A stretch of DNA of 15,014 bases, taken from the NCBI GenBank assembly GCA_038279365.1, contig JAYODI010000107.1, forward strand, positions 1,534-16,547. The letters are read 5' to 3'. Position 1 is the first letter of the stretch; the number at the start of each line of letters is the position of its first letter. The DNA comes from Candidatus Latescibacterota bacterium (GTDB lineage Bacteria; Latescibacterota; UBA2968). Under the pieces are notes generated by a model. It was not told the DNA's origin. It saw nothing but the letters and a program-made list of their open reading frames with translations, and searched no databases. Shown here piece by piece: positions 7,968 through 15,014 of this stretch. Both the position numbers and the translations under genes were made by a program.

Positions 7968-8765
7968 ATGAACACCCTTATGAAAACAGATTTACAAAAA
8001 GAATATGAAGAAAAAGGATATGTGGTGGCACGCAATGCCATTGATGCCGATTTGGCGCAAGAGACTGTTGATCATGTGCATTGGTTGATAAAAAAATATC
8101 CCGATGTGCGGCCCGAACGGTTGCACCACAATTTATTGGCCAACGACCCGTTTATGCATCGTTTGGTGGGCGATGATCGGTTGTTGGATATTGCTGAACA
8201 ATTTATTGGGCCTAACATTGCTTTGTTTGCGGCACATTATATTGCCAAAAAACCAGAAACGGGCCAAGCTGTGCAATGGCATCAAGATGGGTCGTATTGG
8301 CCACTTGAGCCGATGGAAGTGACAACCTTGTGGGTGGCCGGTACTGATTCAACGATTGAGAATGGCTGCATGCGTGTGTTGCCAGGCACCCAAAATAATC
8401 ATTTGTTAAAACGCCGAGAGTTGATGGAATTGGATACGGAGAAATATGTTTTGGGTGTGGGGATTCGACCGGATCAGATTGATGAATCGGATGCGGTGGA
8501 TTTGGAATTGAAGGCGGGCGATATTTCGATTCACAACCCCAATATTATTCATGGATCAAATGCAAATACGTCAGACAAATGGCGCGTGGGTCTGACATTG
8601 CGCTATATTCCGACATCAACGTGGGTGAATAAAGACGGCCATGAAAACATTTTGTTGCGTGGTGAAAAAACAGAAGGCGTTGAGAATGTGTATATTAAAC
8701 GTCCTCGATTTGTAGACGGTGAACACATGCCCTTTCGGGGGTGTGAACTTTGGAATGCGTCTTGA
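7968..8765 (+). CDS. Phytanoyl-CoA dioxygenase (PhyH) family Fe(II)/2-oxoglutarate oxygenase
   Basis: GYVV..NAI N-terminus, WHQD iron motif, ENGCMRVLPGT, LKAGD and IIHGSNANTSDKWR. Start could be 7962, 7968 or 7980. Confidence 0.92.
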   Translation: MNTLMKTDLQKEYEEKGYVVARNAIDADLAQETVDHVHWLIKKYPDVRPERLHHNLLANDPFMHRLVGDDRLLDIAEQFIGPNIALFAAHYIAKKPETGQAVQWHQDGSYWPLEPMEVTTLWVAGTDSTIENGCMRVLPGTQNNHLLKRRELMELDTEKYVLGVGIRPDQIDESDAVDLELKAGDISIHNPNIIHGSNANTSDKWRVGLTLRYIPTSTWVNKDGHENILLRGEKTEGVENVYIKRPRFVDGEHMPFRGCELWNAS

Positions 8766-8824
8766 TACGTGAGGCTGTTTGTGTTACATTTGGAAAGGCA
8801 ATATGTGAATTAAGGAGATCTTAA

Positions 8825-9049
8825 ATGGAAACGACAACCCTTCAAATTCAAGTCAGTTCAGAAGCAGCACTGGCATATCGCAATGCTTCTAAAGAGCAAC
8901 AACGCAAGATGGATGCGTTGTTGAGCCTTAAGTTGTGCGATGTGGGGCGTTCCAAAAAATCTTTGGAAGATATTATGAGCGATATCGGTCAAAAAGCTCA
9001 AAGGCGTGGTATGACACCTGAAATTTTGGAATCATTATTGAATGAATGA
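8825..9049 (+). CDS. Putative antitoxin (74 aa) upstream of the PIN toxin
   Basis: AAGGAG RBS; C-terminal AQRRGMTPEILESLLNE resembles small PIN-partner proteins; overlaps the toxin start by 8 nt. Confidence 0.75.
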   Translation: METTTLQIQVSSEAALAYRNASKEQQRKMDALLSLKLCDVGRSKKSLEDIMSDIGQKAQRRGMTPEILESLLNE

Positions 9050-9456
9050 TTTTAAATATTTTGTGTTTGATACAAATGTGTTGGTGAGCGCACTGATTTT
9101 TGAAAATTCTAAAACCTGGCCTTGCATTTCGATTGGCTCTCGAAAGTGGTCAGGTTTTTTTATCTGTGCCTGTTTTAGAAGAATTAAACGATGTGTTGAG
9201 CCGAGAAAAATTTCAACGTTATATTTTATCGGACGACCGAGAAGTTTTTCTGGAAGCATTTATTGACCGAACGGTTATCATAGATACAGTAGAACAAATT
9301 TTAGATTGCCGAGATCCCAAGGATAATAAATTCCTTGAATTAGCTGTTAGTGGAAAGGCTGATTGTATCGTGAGTGGTGATGATGATTTGTTGATTCTGA
9401 ATCCTTTTCGAGGTATTGAAATATTGTCGCCTGACGAATTCTTGAAACGATTTTAA
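9042..9456 (+). pseudogene. PIN-domain toxin (putative TA toxin, PIN family), frameshifted
   Basis: The N-terminus FVFDTNVLVSALIFENSK is in one frame; the rest (PGLAF...CRDPKDNKFLELAVSGKADCIVSGDDDLL..PFRGIEILSPDEFL) is in the +1 frame. Removing one A from AAAA at 9111-9114 gives a 137-aa ORF. Confidence 0.85.
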
Positions 9457-10299
9457 TCATTTTGATTGTGATCTGGCCCTTTTTTTTATTTGTGTCTGCT
9501 TATATCGAGCAGGCATTTCTTTTTTACGCCAGTTTAAGAAGGTTTGTTCGTGTGCATCTCGGTTTTGTTTGGATGGTGGTGCAGGTATGTCAATGGTGCC
9601 GTAGGTGATGGTGGTTTGTTTGCGTGAGCGGGCCACAATTTCACCTTGGCTGATGATGAGGGTAACGCCCACATTGGCTTCGATGATGGGCACGCCATTT
9701 TCACGGGCACGTGCCAACACGGCTTTGTCTTGGGCTTTGGAACAAGAGCCAAATGATGGAATGAGCAAATAACGCGCACCATCTAAAACGGGGATGCGTG
9801 CAATGTCGGCGTTCCATCGGTCGTTGCAAATGAGGAATCCTGCGCGACCATAAGGTGTTTGAAAGGCACGGCTGTTTTTGCCCAGGCGATTGAACCACCA
9901 CGATGCGTGATAGCCTTCGGCCAATTGCATTTTGTGGTATTTGCCACGTATGCGTCCGGTTTGATCAATGAAGACAGCACAGTTGTACACATCTTTGTCA
10001 ATGGCTTCTGCCAATCCAAACGCAAGACACATGTTGAGCTCGCGGGCCAAGGCGCGGAATCGATTGATGACGGGGCTTTTGAGTGAAAGGGCAACGTCGC
10101 GCATTTGTTTGGCCGAAACTTCTCCGGCGATGATTTCGTTAACAACGTAGCCTTCTAATACGCCTTCAGGGCCCAATGCCAGTTGGGCACCCTTGGCCGC
10201 GGCTTGGCGAAACATGTCTTCTAATTGATTGGCATTGGATTCGAGGTCAAATTTTGTGGGGACAAAAGAGATGGCGGCAACGTTGAGTTGTTGAAACAT
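9457..10299 (-). CDS. Carbon-nitrogen hydrolase (nitrilase superfamily) protein
   Basis: Glu-Lys-Cys triad contexts: GPEG, GKYHKMQL and LICNDR; also YNCAVFID. Confidence 0.9.
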   Translation of the reverse strand: MFQQLNVAAISFVPTKFDLESNANQLEDMFRQAAAKGAQLALGPEGVLEGYVVNEIIAGEVSAKQMRDVALSLKSPVINRFRALARELNMCLAFGLAEAIDKDVYNCAVFIDQTGRIRGKYHKMQLAEGYHASWWFNRLGKNSRAFQTPYGRAGFLICNDRWNADIARIPVLDGARYLLIPSFGSCSKAQDKAVLARARENGVPIIEANVGVTLIISQGEIVARSRKQTTITYGTIDIPAPPSKQNRDAHEQTFLNWRKKEMPARYKQTQIKKRARSQSK

Positions 10300-10437
10300 G
10301 GTAGGGGCCTTTCTGGTCTGATGCTTTTGGTGGATTTTTGATGTTGCGTGTCTATATTAAGGTGATCATTTCAAAAGAGACAGTAGATTTTGTTTGGGTG
10401 TTTGAAACGAAAGCGCGAATAGCTCAAAGGGGTGTTT

Positions 10438-11391
10438 ATGAAAGCGGTTTGGACGGTTGGTGGTATTTTGGGTGACAAATGTGATGCCGTGGATTTTGTG
10501 GCCGATTTGGGTTTTGATACGATGGTGACAGGCAGTGTGTCACCTGATGTGATGGCACGTGCACGCGAGCGAGAAGTTCAGGTTGTGACAAATATTTTTC
10601 CATTTGCAGATGATGACTTTAAACGTGATGCACCCCATGCTTTGCAAAAAGTGCGCGATTATGAAAATCAACTGGCCAAATCATTTGAGGGTCAGGACTG
10701 GGAGAACTTGACGGCGGGGGCCTATCGCTGGCACCCGATATTGCTGGCACGTGATGGGATGTGTTTTGAACATGAAGAAACGAAGCAGGCGGTTCGAGCG
10801 CGCATTGAAAAGGCGCTGAGTTGGGCCGATGGCATTGCGTTGGATGGGTTTGGGTTTATGAATTATTATGCGTGCTTTTGTGATCGGTGTGAAGCCATTT
10901 GGGCAGAGATGAAGGCGAAGGAACCCGATAAGCCCGATTTGGATATTTTGGTGGAGATGTCAACGCAAACATTAGTTGATATTCATGAGATGATTTATGA
11001 CTTTGCCAAGTCGGTAGATGACAGTAAAATGGTGACCGATCATGTGTGGCCACCCTTTCGGCCCGATGAATATATTGGGCATAAGTTTAAACTGGATTAT
11101 TGTACACAAACGATTTCATGGTTTTACCCACCGGAGTGGCGGTTGGAGCGTGTGGCGTTTGAAGCGGCAGAGATGAAGCGATTGGAAGACACATCGGTCA
11201 ATCGGTTTGTGCCTTTTATTGGCATATATGACACGGGTGGTCATGTGCGCAGTGCAGAAAGACTTGCCAAAGAGTTGGAGATTGCCTTAACATACGGGGA
11301 GAATCGTGTGGTGGTGTCGCGCTTGACCACGCTTCAACAGCACACACACTTGGCAGACGTTGTCAAAAAAGCGTTTGAACAGAGTCGGTAA
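10438..11391 (+). CDS. Hypothetical protein, glycoside-hydrolase-like TIM barrel with a Cys cluster
   Basis: Long ORF with AGGGGTG RBS; MCFEH...DGIALD...CFCDRC resembles the Zn-binding loops of GH42/GHL-type barrels. The ORF is well supported; the function is tentative. Confidence 0.65.
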   Translation: MKAVWTVGGILGDKCDAVDFVADLGFDTMVTGSVSPDVMARAREREVQVVTNIFPFADDDFKRDAPHALQKVRDYENQLAKSFEGQDWENLTAGAYRWHPILLARDGMCFEHEETKQAVRARIEKALSWADGIALDGFGFMNYYACFCDRCEAIWAEMKAKEPDKPDLDILVEMSTQTLVDIHEMIYDFAKSVDDSKMVTDHVWPPFRPDEYIGHKFKLDYCTQTISWFYPPEWRLERVAFEAAEMKRLEDTSVNRFVPFIGIYDTGGHVRSAERLAKELEIALTYGENRVVVSRLTTLQQHTHLADVVKKAFEQSR

Positions 11392-11549
11392 GTATCAATA
11401 TGCAGGACGAATGACTTTGGTGTGTGCGTCCGGTTTCGGATGGCTTTAAACACGGGTTTGCCAAGAGGGATCGGGTTCATTTATATGACGTTTTCATTTG
11501 AATGGGCTTTTCATGTCGCGTAGGTTTTTTCTTGTTGTGGAGGAGGGTT

Positions 11550-12041
11550 ATGAAAAAAGGTGTGTATGCTGCCAGTTTTGATCCGGTGACCAATGGGCAC
11601 TTGTGGGTGATTGCACAGGCTGCACGGTTGTTTGATCAGTTGGTGGTGGCCATTGGGGTGAATCCAGATAAGGCGTATACATTTTCGATGGATGATCGGT
11701 TGGATTTGTTGCGTGAGACCACCTCCCAATTTGAAAACGTGGTGGTAACCAGTTATGAGCATCAGTTTTTGGTGAATTATGCGCGGTCTATTGAGGCCGA
11801 GTATATTGTGCGTGGTATTCGCACACAGGCCGATTATGAATATGAACGTGGTATGCGATATATTAACAGTGACTTGGATGCAAATATTACGACTCTTTTT
11901 TTGATGCCACCCCGTGAGATTGCCGAGATCAGTTCGAGTTTTGTGAAAGGACTGGTCGGGCCAGAAGGCTGGCGCGATGTGGTGAAGCGGTATGTGCCCG
12001 ATGCGGTCTATGAGAAGTTTTTGGAGCAATTTGGTGGGTAA
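11550..12041 (+). CDS. coaD: Pantetheine-phosphate adenylyltransferase
   Basis: YAASFDPVTNGH, NPDK..FS..DR, IVRGIR..DYEYE and ISSSFVK motifs; strong GGAGG RBS before the ATG at 11550. Confidence 0.9.
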   Translation: MKKGVYAASFDPVTNGHLWVIAQAARLFDQLVVAIGVNPDKAYTFSMDDRLDLLRETTSQFENVVVTSYEHQFLVNYARSIEAEYIVRGIRTQADYEYERGMRYINSDLDANITTLFLMPPREIAEISSSFVKGLVGPEGWRDVVKRYVPDAVYEKFLEQFGG

Positions 12042-12079
12042 TTTGAAAGATGATGAACATTTTTTAAAACGAGATGAAT

Positions 12080-12129
12080 CAAACATGCCCTGTTCTTTAA
12101 ATGTAGAACAGGGCATGTTTGTTGTTTTT
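12080..12129. terminator. Rho-independent terminator between convergent genes
   Basis: Perfect 17-bp stem CAAACATGCCCTGTTCT/AGAACAGGGCATGTTTG with an 8-nt loop, followed by TTGTTTTTT. Confidence 0.85.
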
Positions 12130-12517
12130 ATAATTGTGCGGGAGCCAATTTTAGAGCGCCGATGATTTGCATCAACATAAAGTCTGCAACGGCGAGGGCA
12201 ACAAGGGCAAAGACAATGAGGCCCGCTGTGGTAAAAGGTACCAAATCAAAAAGAAAGATGATCAGAGAACCCAAGACCCACAAACCGTCCATTGCACTGA
12301 GGTAATACACCTCGCCAATGCGAATGGGTTTGCGACGCAGGGCTATTACCAGTTGACCTGAAAAGGGCAAGAGTCCGATGCCAATGCCCATTAAAAGTGT
12401 GGCATTGGGAATGCCCATAAATGTGGCAATTTGTGAAGACGCCAAAATAAGTGCGAGACCGGTTATGCCAGAGAAGATGGCATTGCCCAGTAAGCCATAT
12501 TTTAAAAGGGTATTCAT
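12128..12517 (-). CDS. Small integral membrane protein (about 4 TM helices), function unknown
   Basis: Hydrophobic 129-aa ORF starting MNTLLKYGLLGNAIFSGITGL, with a GGAGG RBS upstream of the ATG at 12517. Confidence 0.85.
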   Translation of the reverse strand: MNTLLKYGLLGNAIFSGITGLALILASSQIATFMGIPNATLLMGIGIGLLPFSGQLVIALRRKPIRIGEVYYLSAMDGLWVLGSLIIFLFDLVPFTTAGLIVFALVALAVADFMLMQIIGALKLAPAQL

Positions 12518-12578
12518 ATGTAGCCTCCAAAGAGATGGATTTGCACGGTTGGGATACATTTTGTATATTTAAATATAC

Positions 12579-12659
12579 TTTTTACTATATATTTTTCAAG
12601 TAAAAAAATATAAATGCAGGTATGTTTTTTAAAAACAATCATATATTTTTCAAGTGATT
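12579..12659. promoter_or_regulatory. Candidate operator pair for the HxlR-family regulator
   Basis: Identical 15-mer ATATATTTTTCAAGT at 12587-12601 and 12641-12655, each with palindromic flanks (TTTTTACT...AGTAAAAA; AATCA...TGATT), in the divergent intergenic region. Confidence 0.55.
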
Positions 12660-12709
12660 ACGTTTTATTTTGTTCGAATGGTGTGTTTATTATCAAAAGC
12701 GAGGTGTTT

Positions 12710-13354
12710 GTGGCACGGTCTTATGGTCAGTTTTGCTCGCTTGCCCGCGCATTGGATATGGTGGGAGAACGGTGGACACTGTTGGTGATTCGCGATTTGT
12801 TGGGCGGGCCAAAGCGGTATAAAGATTTGCTTGGGAGTTTGGTGGGTATTGGCACCAATTTGTTGGCCAATCGGTTAAAAGAGTTGGAGGCGAGTGGTTT
12901 GGTGATACAAACAACATTGCCTCCTCCATTATCTGTGAAGGCCTATCAATTGACCGAACGGGGGCGTGCATTAGAGCCCAGTATTGTGGCATTGGCCGAT
13001 TGGGGTTTGTCATTGCTTGAAACGCCAAAAGGAAATGACCATTGGTTCCCACAATGGAATCATGTGGCGTTTAAGGCGCGTTTTCAAGCGGATGCTGCAA
13101 AGGGTGTGAAAGAGGCGTATGCATTTGTGATTGATGGATACCCGCATTATGTGGTGGTGAATGATGGTTCGATGCGGACGTTTGAAGGGGAGGCACCCAA
13201 TGCGGCTTTTACATTGACTGCAAGTCGGGAGTGTTTCTTGGGGGTGATCACAGGCGAGCAAACATTTGAAGAAGCGATTGCATGTGGCAACATCACATTG
13301 GAAGGCGATGTGGCGGCGTTTGAACGCTGTGGTCGTATTTTTGGGAATAGATAA
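12710..13354 (+). CDS. HxlR-family winged-HTH regulator with C-terminal SCP2 sterol-binding-like domain
   Basis: RSYGQFCSLARALDMVGERWTLLVIRDLLGGPKRYKDL...LANRLKELE...YQLTERGRAL; the C-terminus ends AIACGNITLEGD (SCP2-like). GTG start after a GAGGTG RBS. Confidence 0.92.
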   Translation: MARSYGQFCSLARALDMVGERWTLLVIRDLLGGPKRYKDLLGSLVGIGTNLLANRLKELEASGLVIQTTLPPPLSVKAYQLTERGRALEPSIVALADWGLSLLETPKGNDHWFPQWNHVAFKARFQADAAKGVKEAYAFVIDGYPHYVVVNDGSMRTFEGEAPNAAFTLTASRECFLGVITGEQTFEEAIACGNITLEGDVAAFERCGRIFGNR

Positions 13355-13378
13355 AGATTATTTTCTACAATAGGTTTT

Positions 13379-13419
13379 AAAAAAAGCGTCGCTCTCTAAA
13401 AAGAACGACGCTTTTTTTT
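13379..13419. terminator. Bidirectional rho-independent terminator
   Basis: AAAAAAAGCGTCG...CGACGCTTTTTTTT between convergent genes. Confidence 0.9.
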
Positions 13420-13436
13420 ATGGTTATCAGAATGGA

Positions 13437-14042
13437 TTACTCTGCTGTTAATGCTTTGATTGCTGAGATTGTATTTTCACTGTCTAATGCGGCTTTGACA
13501 CCTGTGTCTTTGTAAATGATTTTGCCATTTTTGCCAATGATAAAGGTCCATCGTTTTGCAGAGACCCCTCGGGTTAAGGAAAAGTCTTCGCCGTTTATGG
13601 TTTTATTGATGGTGCCACCTTTGCCCAAGGGCACGCCAAATGCCTTGGCAACGTTTCCTTCCGTGTCGGCCAAGAGTGTGAAATTGAGGTCGTTTACTTT
13701 CTTGAAGATGCGTTGACCTTCTACGGTGTCACCACTCACGCCAATGATTTGTGCGCCCAACTTTTTTAATGCTTCGCTATCGTCCCGATAGCTGACGGCT
13801 TGTCTGGTTCAACCACCTGTTAAAGCTGCAGGAAAAAAATAGACCACCAAGATGCTTTTGCCAATGTGATTATCCGATTTCCACAATTTGCCGCTGTCTG
13901 CTTTGGCTTGAAATGTGGGTGCTTTGTCGCCTATGTTGATTCCCAGTGTATCGGATGTGGCAGGTTCGTGTGTTTGTGCATTTGTGGATGGTGTAAGGAA
14001 AAGCAATCCCAATAACACAAATCCATAAAGTGTTTTTCTCAT
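13437..14042 (-). CDS. Selenocysteine-containing peroxiredoxin (BCP/PrxQ, AhpC/TSA family) with signal peptide, 201 aa
   Basis: ORFs 13809-14042 and 13437-13760 are in the same frame. Reading through TGA (13809-13811) gives VVYFFPAALTGG-U-TRQAVSYRDD...LGAQIIGVSGD, placing TGA exactly at the peroxidatic Cys of PxxxTxxC. Also has LNFTLLAD and RWTFIIG motifs. Confidence 0.9.
13771..13808 (-). promoter_or_regulatory. Bacterial SECIS-like hairpin
   Basis: The mRNA after UGA reads ACCAGACAAGCCGUCA-GCUAUCG-GGA-CGAUAGC-GAAGC: a perfect 7-bp stem (13776-13792) with a G-starting apical loop 23 nt after the UGA. Confidence 0.75.
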
Positions 14043-14109
14043 ATGATCTTCTTTCGTGAAAAATGGTTAGGATGTTTTTGAAGGCCTAATCTTGCAGATT
14101 GATTTGAAG

Positions 14110-14943
14110 CTATTTTTTAAGGTGTGTGTTGAGCCACGTGATCATTTCGCCCTGATAGTCAGGTGCATTTGGAGGGTTGCCAAACGTGGGGCCGTGTCCA
14201 CCCCCTGGAATGCGAACAAATTTGACGGTTGCACCCACGGTTTGAAGTGCTTTTTCCATGGCTTCGGCTTGGTTGATATGAACGGTGTCGTCGGCATCGC
14301 CGTGAATGAGGAGAAAGGGCGGTGCATCGGCAGAGACATAGGTGATGGGTGAGGCTTCAATGTGTCGGTGGTAGGATTCTGAAGATGTATCGCCGGGCTC
14401 TGGGTGTTCAAAGTCGAGAAAGGGTGTGGATTTTTCACGTAAGATAAAGTCTGTGGGTGCCGCACGTGCGACAACACATTGGACACGTGCACTTTCTTTC
14501 TCAATGGCATCTTCACTGCTTGGGTCACCTGCACCCTCTTGTAAACCGAGCATGCTTACCAAGTGACCACCCGATGAACCGCCTACTGCGCCAATGCGAT
14601 CTGGAGAGATGTTGTAGTCACTTGCATGATGGCGAATAAAACGCACGGCTCGGCGAGCATCTTCAACGGCTGCTGGGTAAACAAAACGCGGTAAGGCACG
14701 ATGGTTGATGGCAAAGACGGTATAACCTGCCGCGGTAAGTGTGGGTACATAAACACGTTGTTGCCCACCGTCTTTAAGTGCTTCGGCGTTCCACTCTAAG
14801 GGTGCGCGCCACCCACTGCCCGATATGAATAAAACGCCGTAACCATTTGGGTTTTTGGGGCGGTAGGCATCCATGAGCAAAGCCAGCCCTGAATACATGC
14901 CATAAACAATGTTCGATTCTACTGTGTGTTCGCCTTCGACCAT
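14110..14943 (-). CDS. Alpha/beta hydrolase (BD-FAE/acetyl-esterase-like)
   Basis: Nucleophile elbow GGSSGG, PPFLLIHGDADDTV (Asp), GGGHG (His) and DARRAVRFIRHHA; AAAGGAG RBS before the ATG at 14943. Confidence 0.92.
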   Translation of the reverse strand: MVEGEHTVESNIVYGMYSGLALLMDAYRPKNPNGYGVLFISGSGWRAPLEWNAEALKDGGQQRVYVPTLTAAGYTVFAINHRALPRFVYPAAVEDARRAVRFIRHHASDYNISPDRIGAVGGSSGGHLVSMLGLQEGAGDPSSEDAIEKESARVQCVVARAAPTDFILREKSTPFLDFEHPEPGDTSSESYHRHIEASPITYVSADAPPFLLIHGDADDTVHINQAEAMEKALQTVGATVKFVRIPGGGHGPTFGNPPNAPDYQGEMITWLNTHLKK

Positions 14944-15014
14944 GTTTTCTCCTTTGTGTGGGTGGTAAAGAAGCATGGTACGTTTCGTTGGGTGGTTTGT
15001 AAAGGGTATAAAAA

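Noticed and set aside
11392-11549. TPP or other known riboswitch upstream of coaD
   Set aside because: Only a partial TGAACCCGATC match, on the wrong strand; the CTGAGA and other conserved elements are absent.
13437-14042. Two separate small genes, or a nonsense pseudogene
   Set aside because: Same frame, TGA exactly at the catalytic Cys position, and a SECIS-like hairpin; Sec recoding explains this better.
586-14768. Numerous short overlapping or antisense ORFs in the track (e.g. 586-879, 3854-4348, 7110-7592, 11511-12116)
   Set aside because: They are shadow frames of well-supported genes, with no recognisable motifs.
1-15014. Genome-wide TGA reassignment (Trp or Gly)
   Set aside because: Several genes end normally at TGA (adaptor, PhyH, antitoxin, carbon-nitrogen hydrolase), and Trp is encoded by TGG.

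Overview
Bacterial chromosomal window with a G+T-rich + strand. Left half: a minus-strand operon (ECF sigma factor, efflux periplasmic adaptor, four-helix-bundle gene, ABC ATPase, MacB/FtsX-type permease running off the left edge) diverges from an NtrC-family sigma-54 response regulator and a sensor histidine kinase. The ~890-bp spacer holds two divergent sigma-54 (-24/-12) promoter motifs, each next to a near-identical pair of candidate enhancer sites. It also holds a highly structured repeat-like element and a GTAG-type REP. Right half: PhyH-family dioxygenase, antitoxin plus frameshifted PIN toxin, carbon-nitrogen hydrolase, a glycoside-hydrolase-like hypothetical protein, coaD, a small membrane protein divergent from an HxlR-SCP2 regulator, a peroxiredoxin and an alpha/beta hydrolase. 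Highlights: (1) a signal-peptide-bearing, cysteine-free BCP/PrxQ peroxiredoxin whose catalytic residue is an in-frame UGA followed by a SECIS-like hairpin, i.e. a likely selenoprotein that the ORF track splits in two; (2) a likely sigma-54 to ECF-sigma cascade with autoregulation; (3) a four-helix-bundle gene bracketed by inverted heptamer repeats inside the efflux operon.
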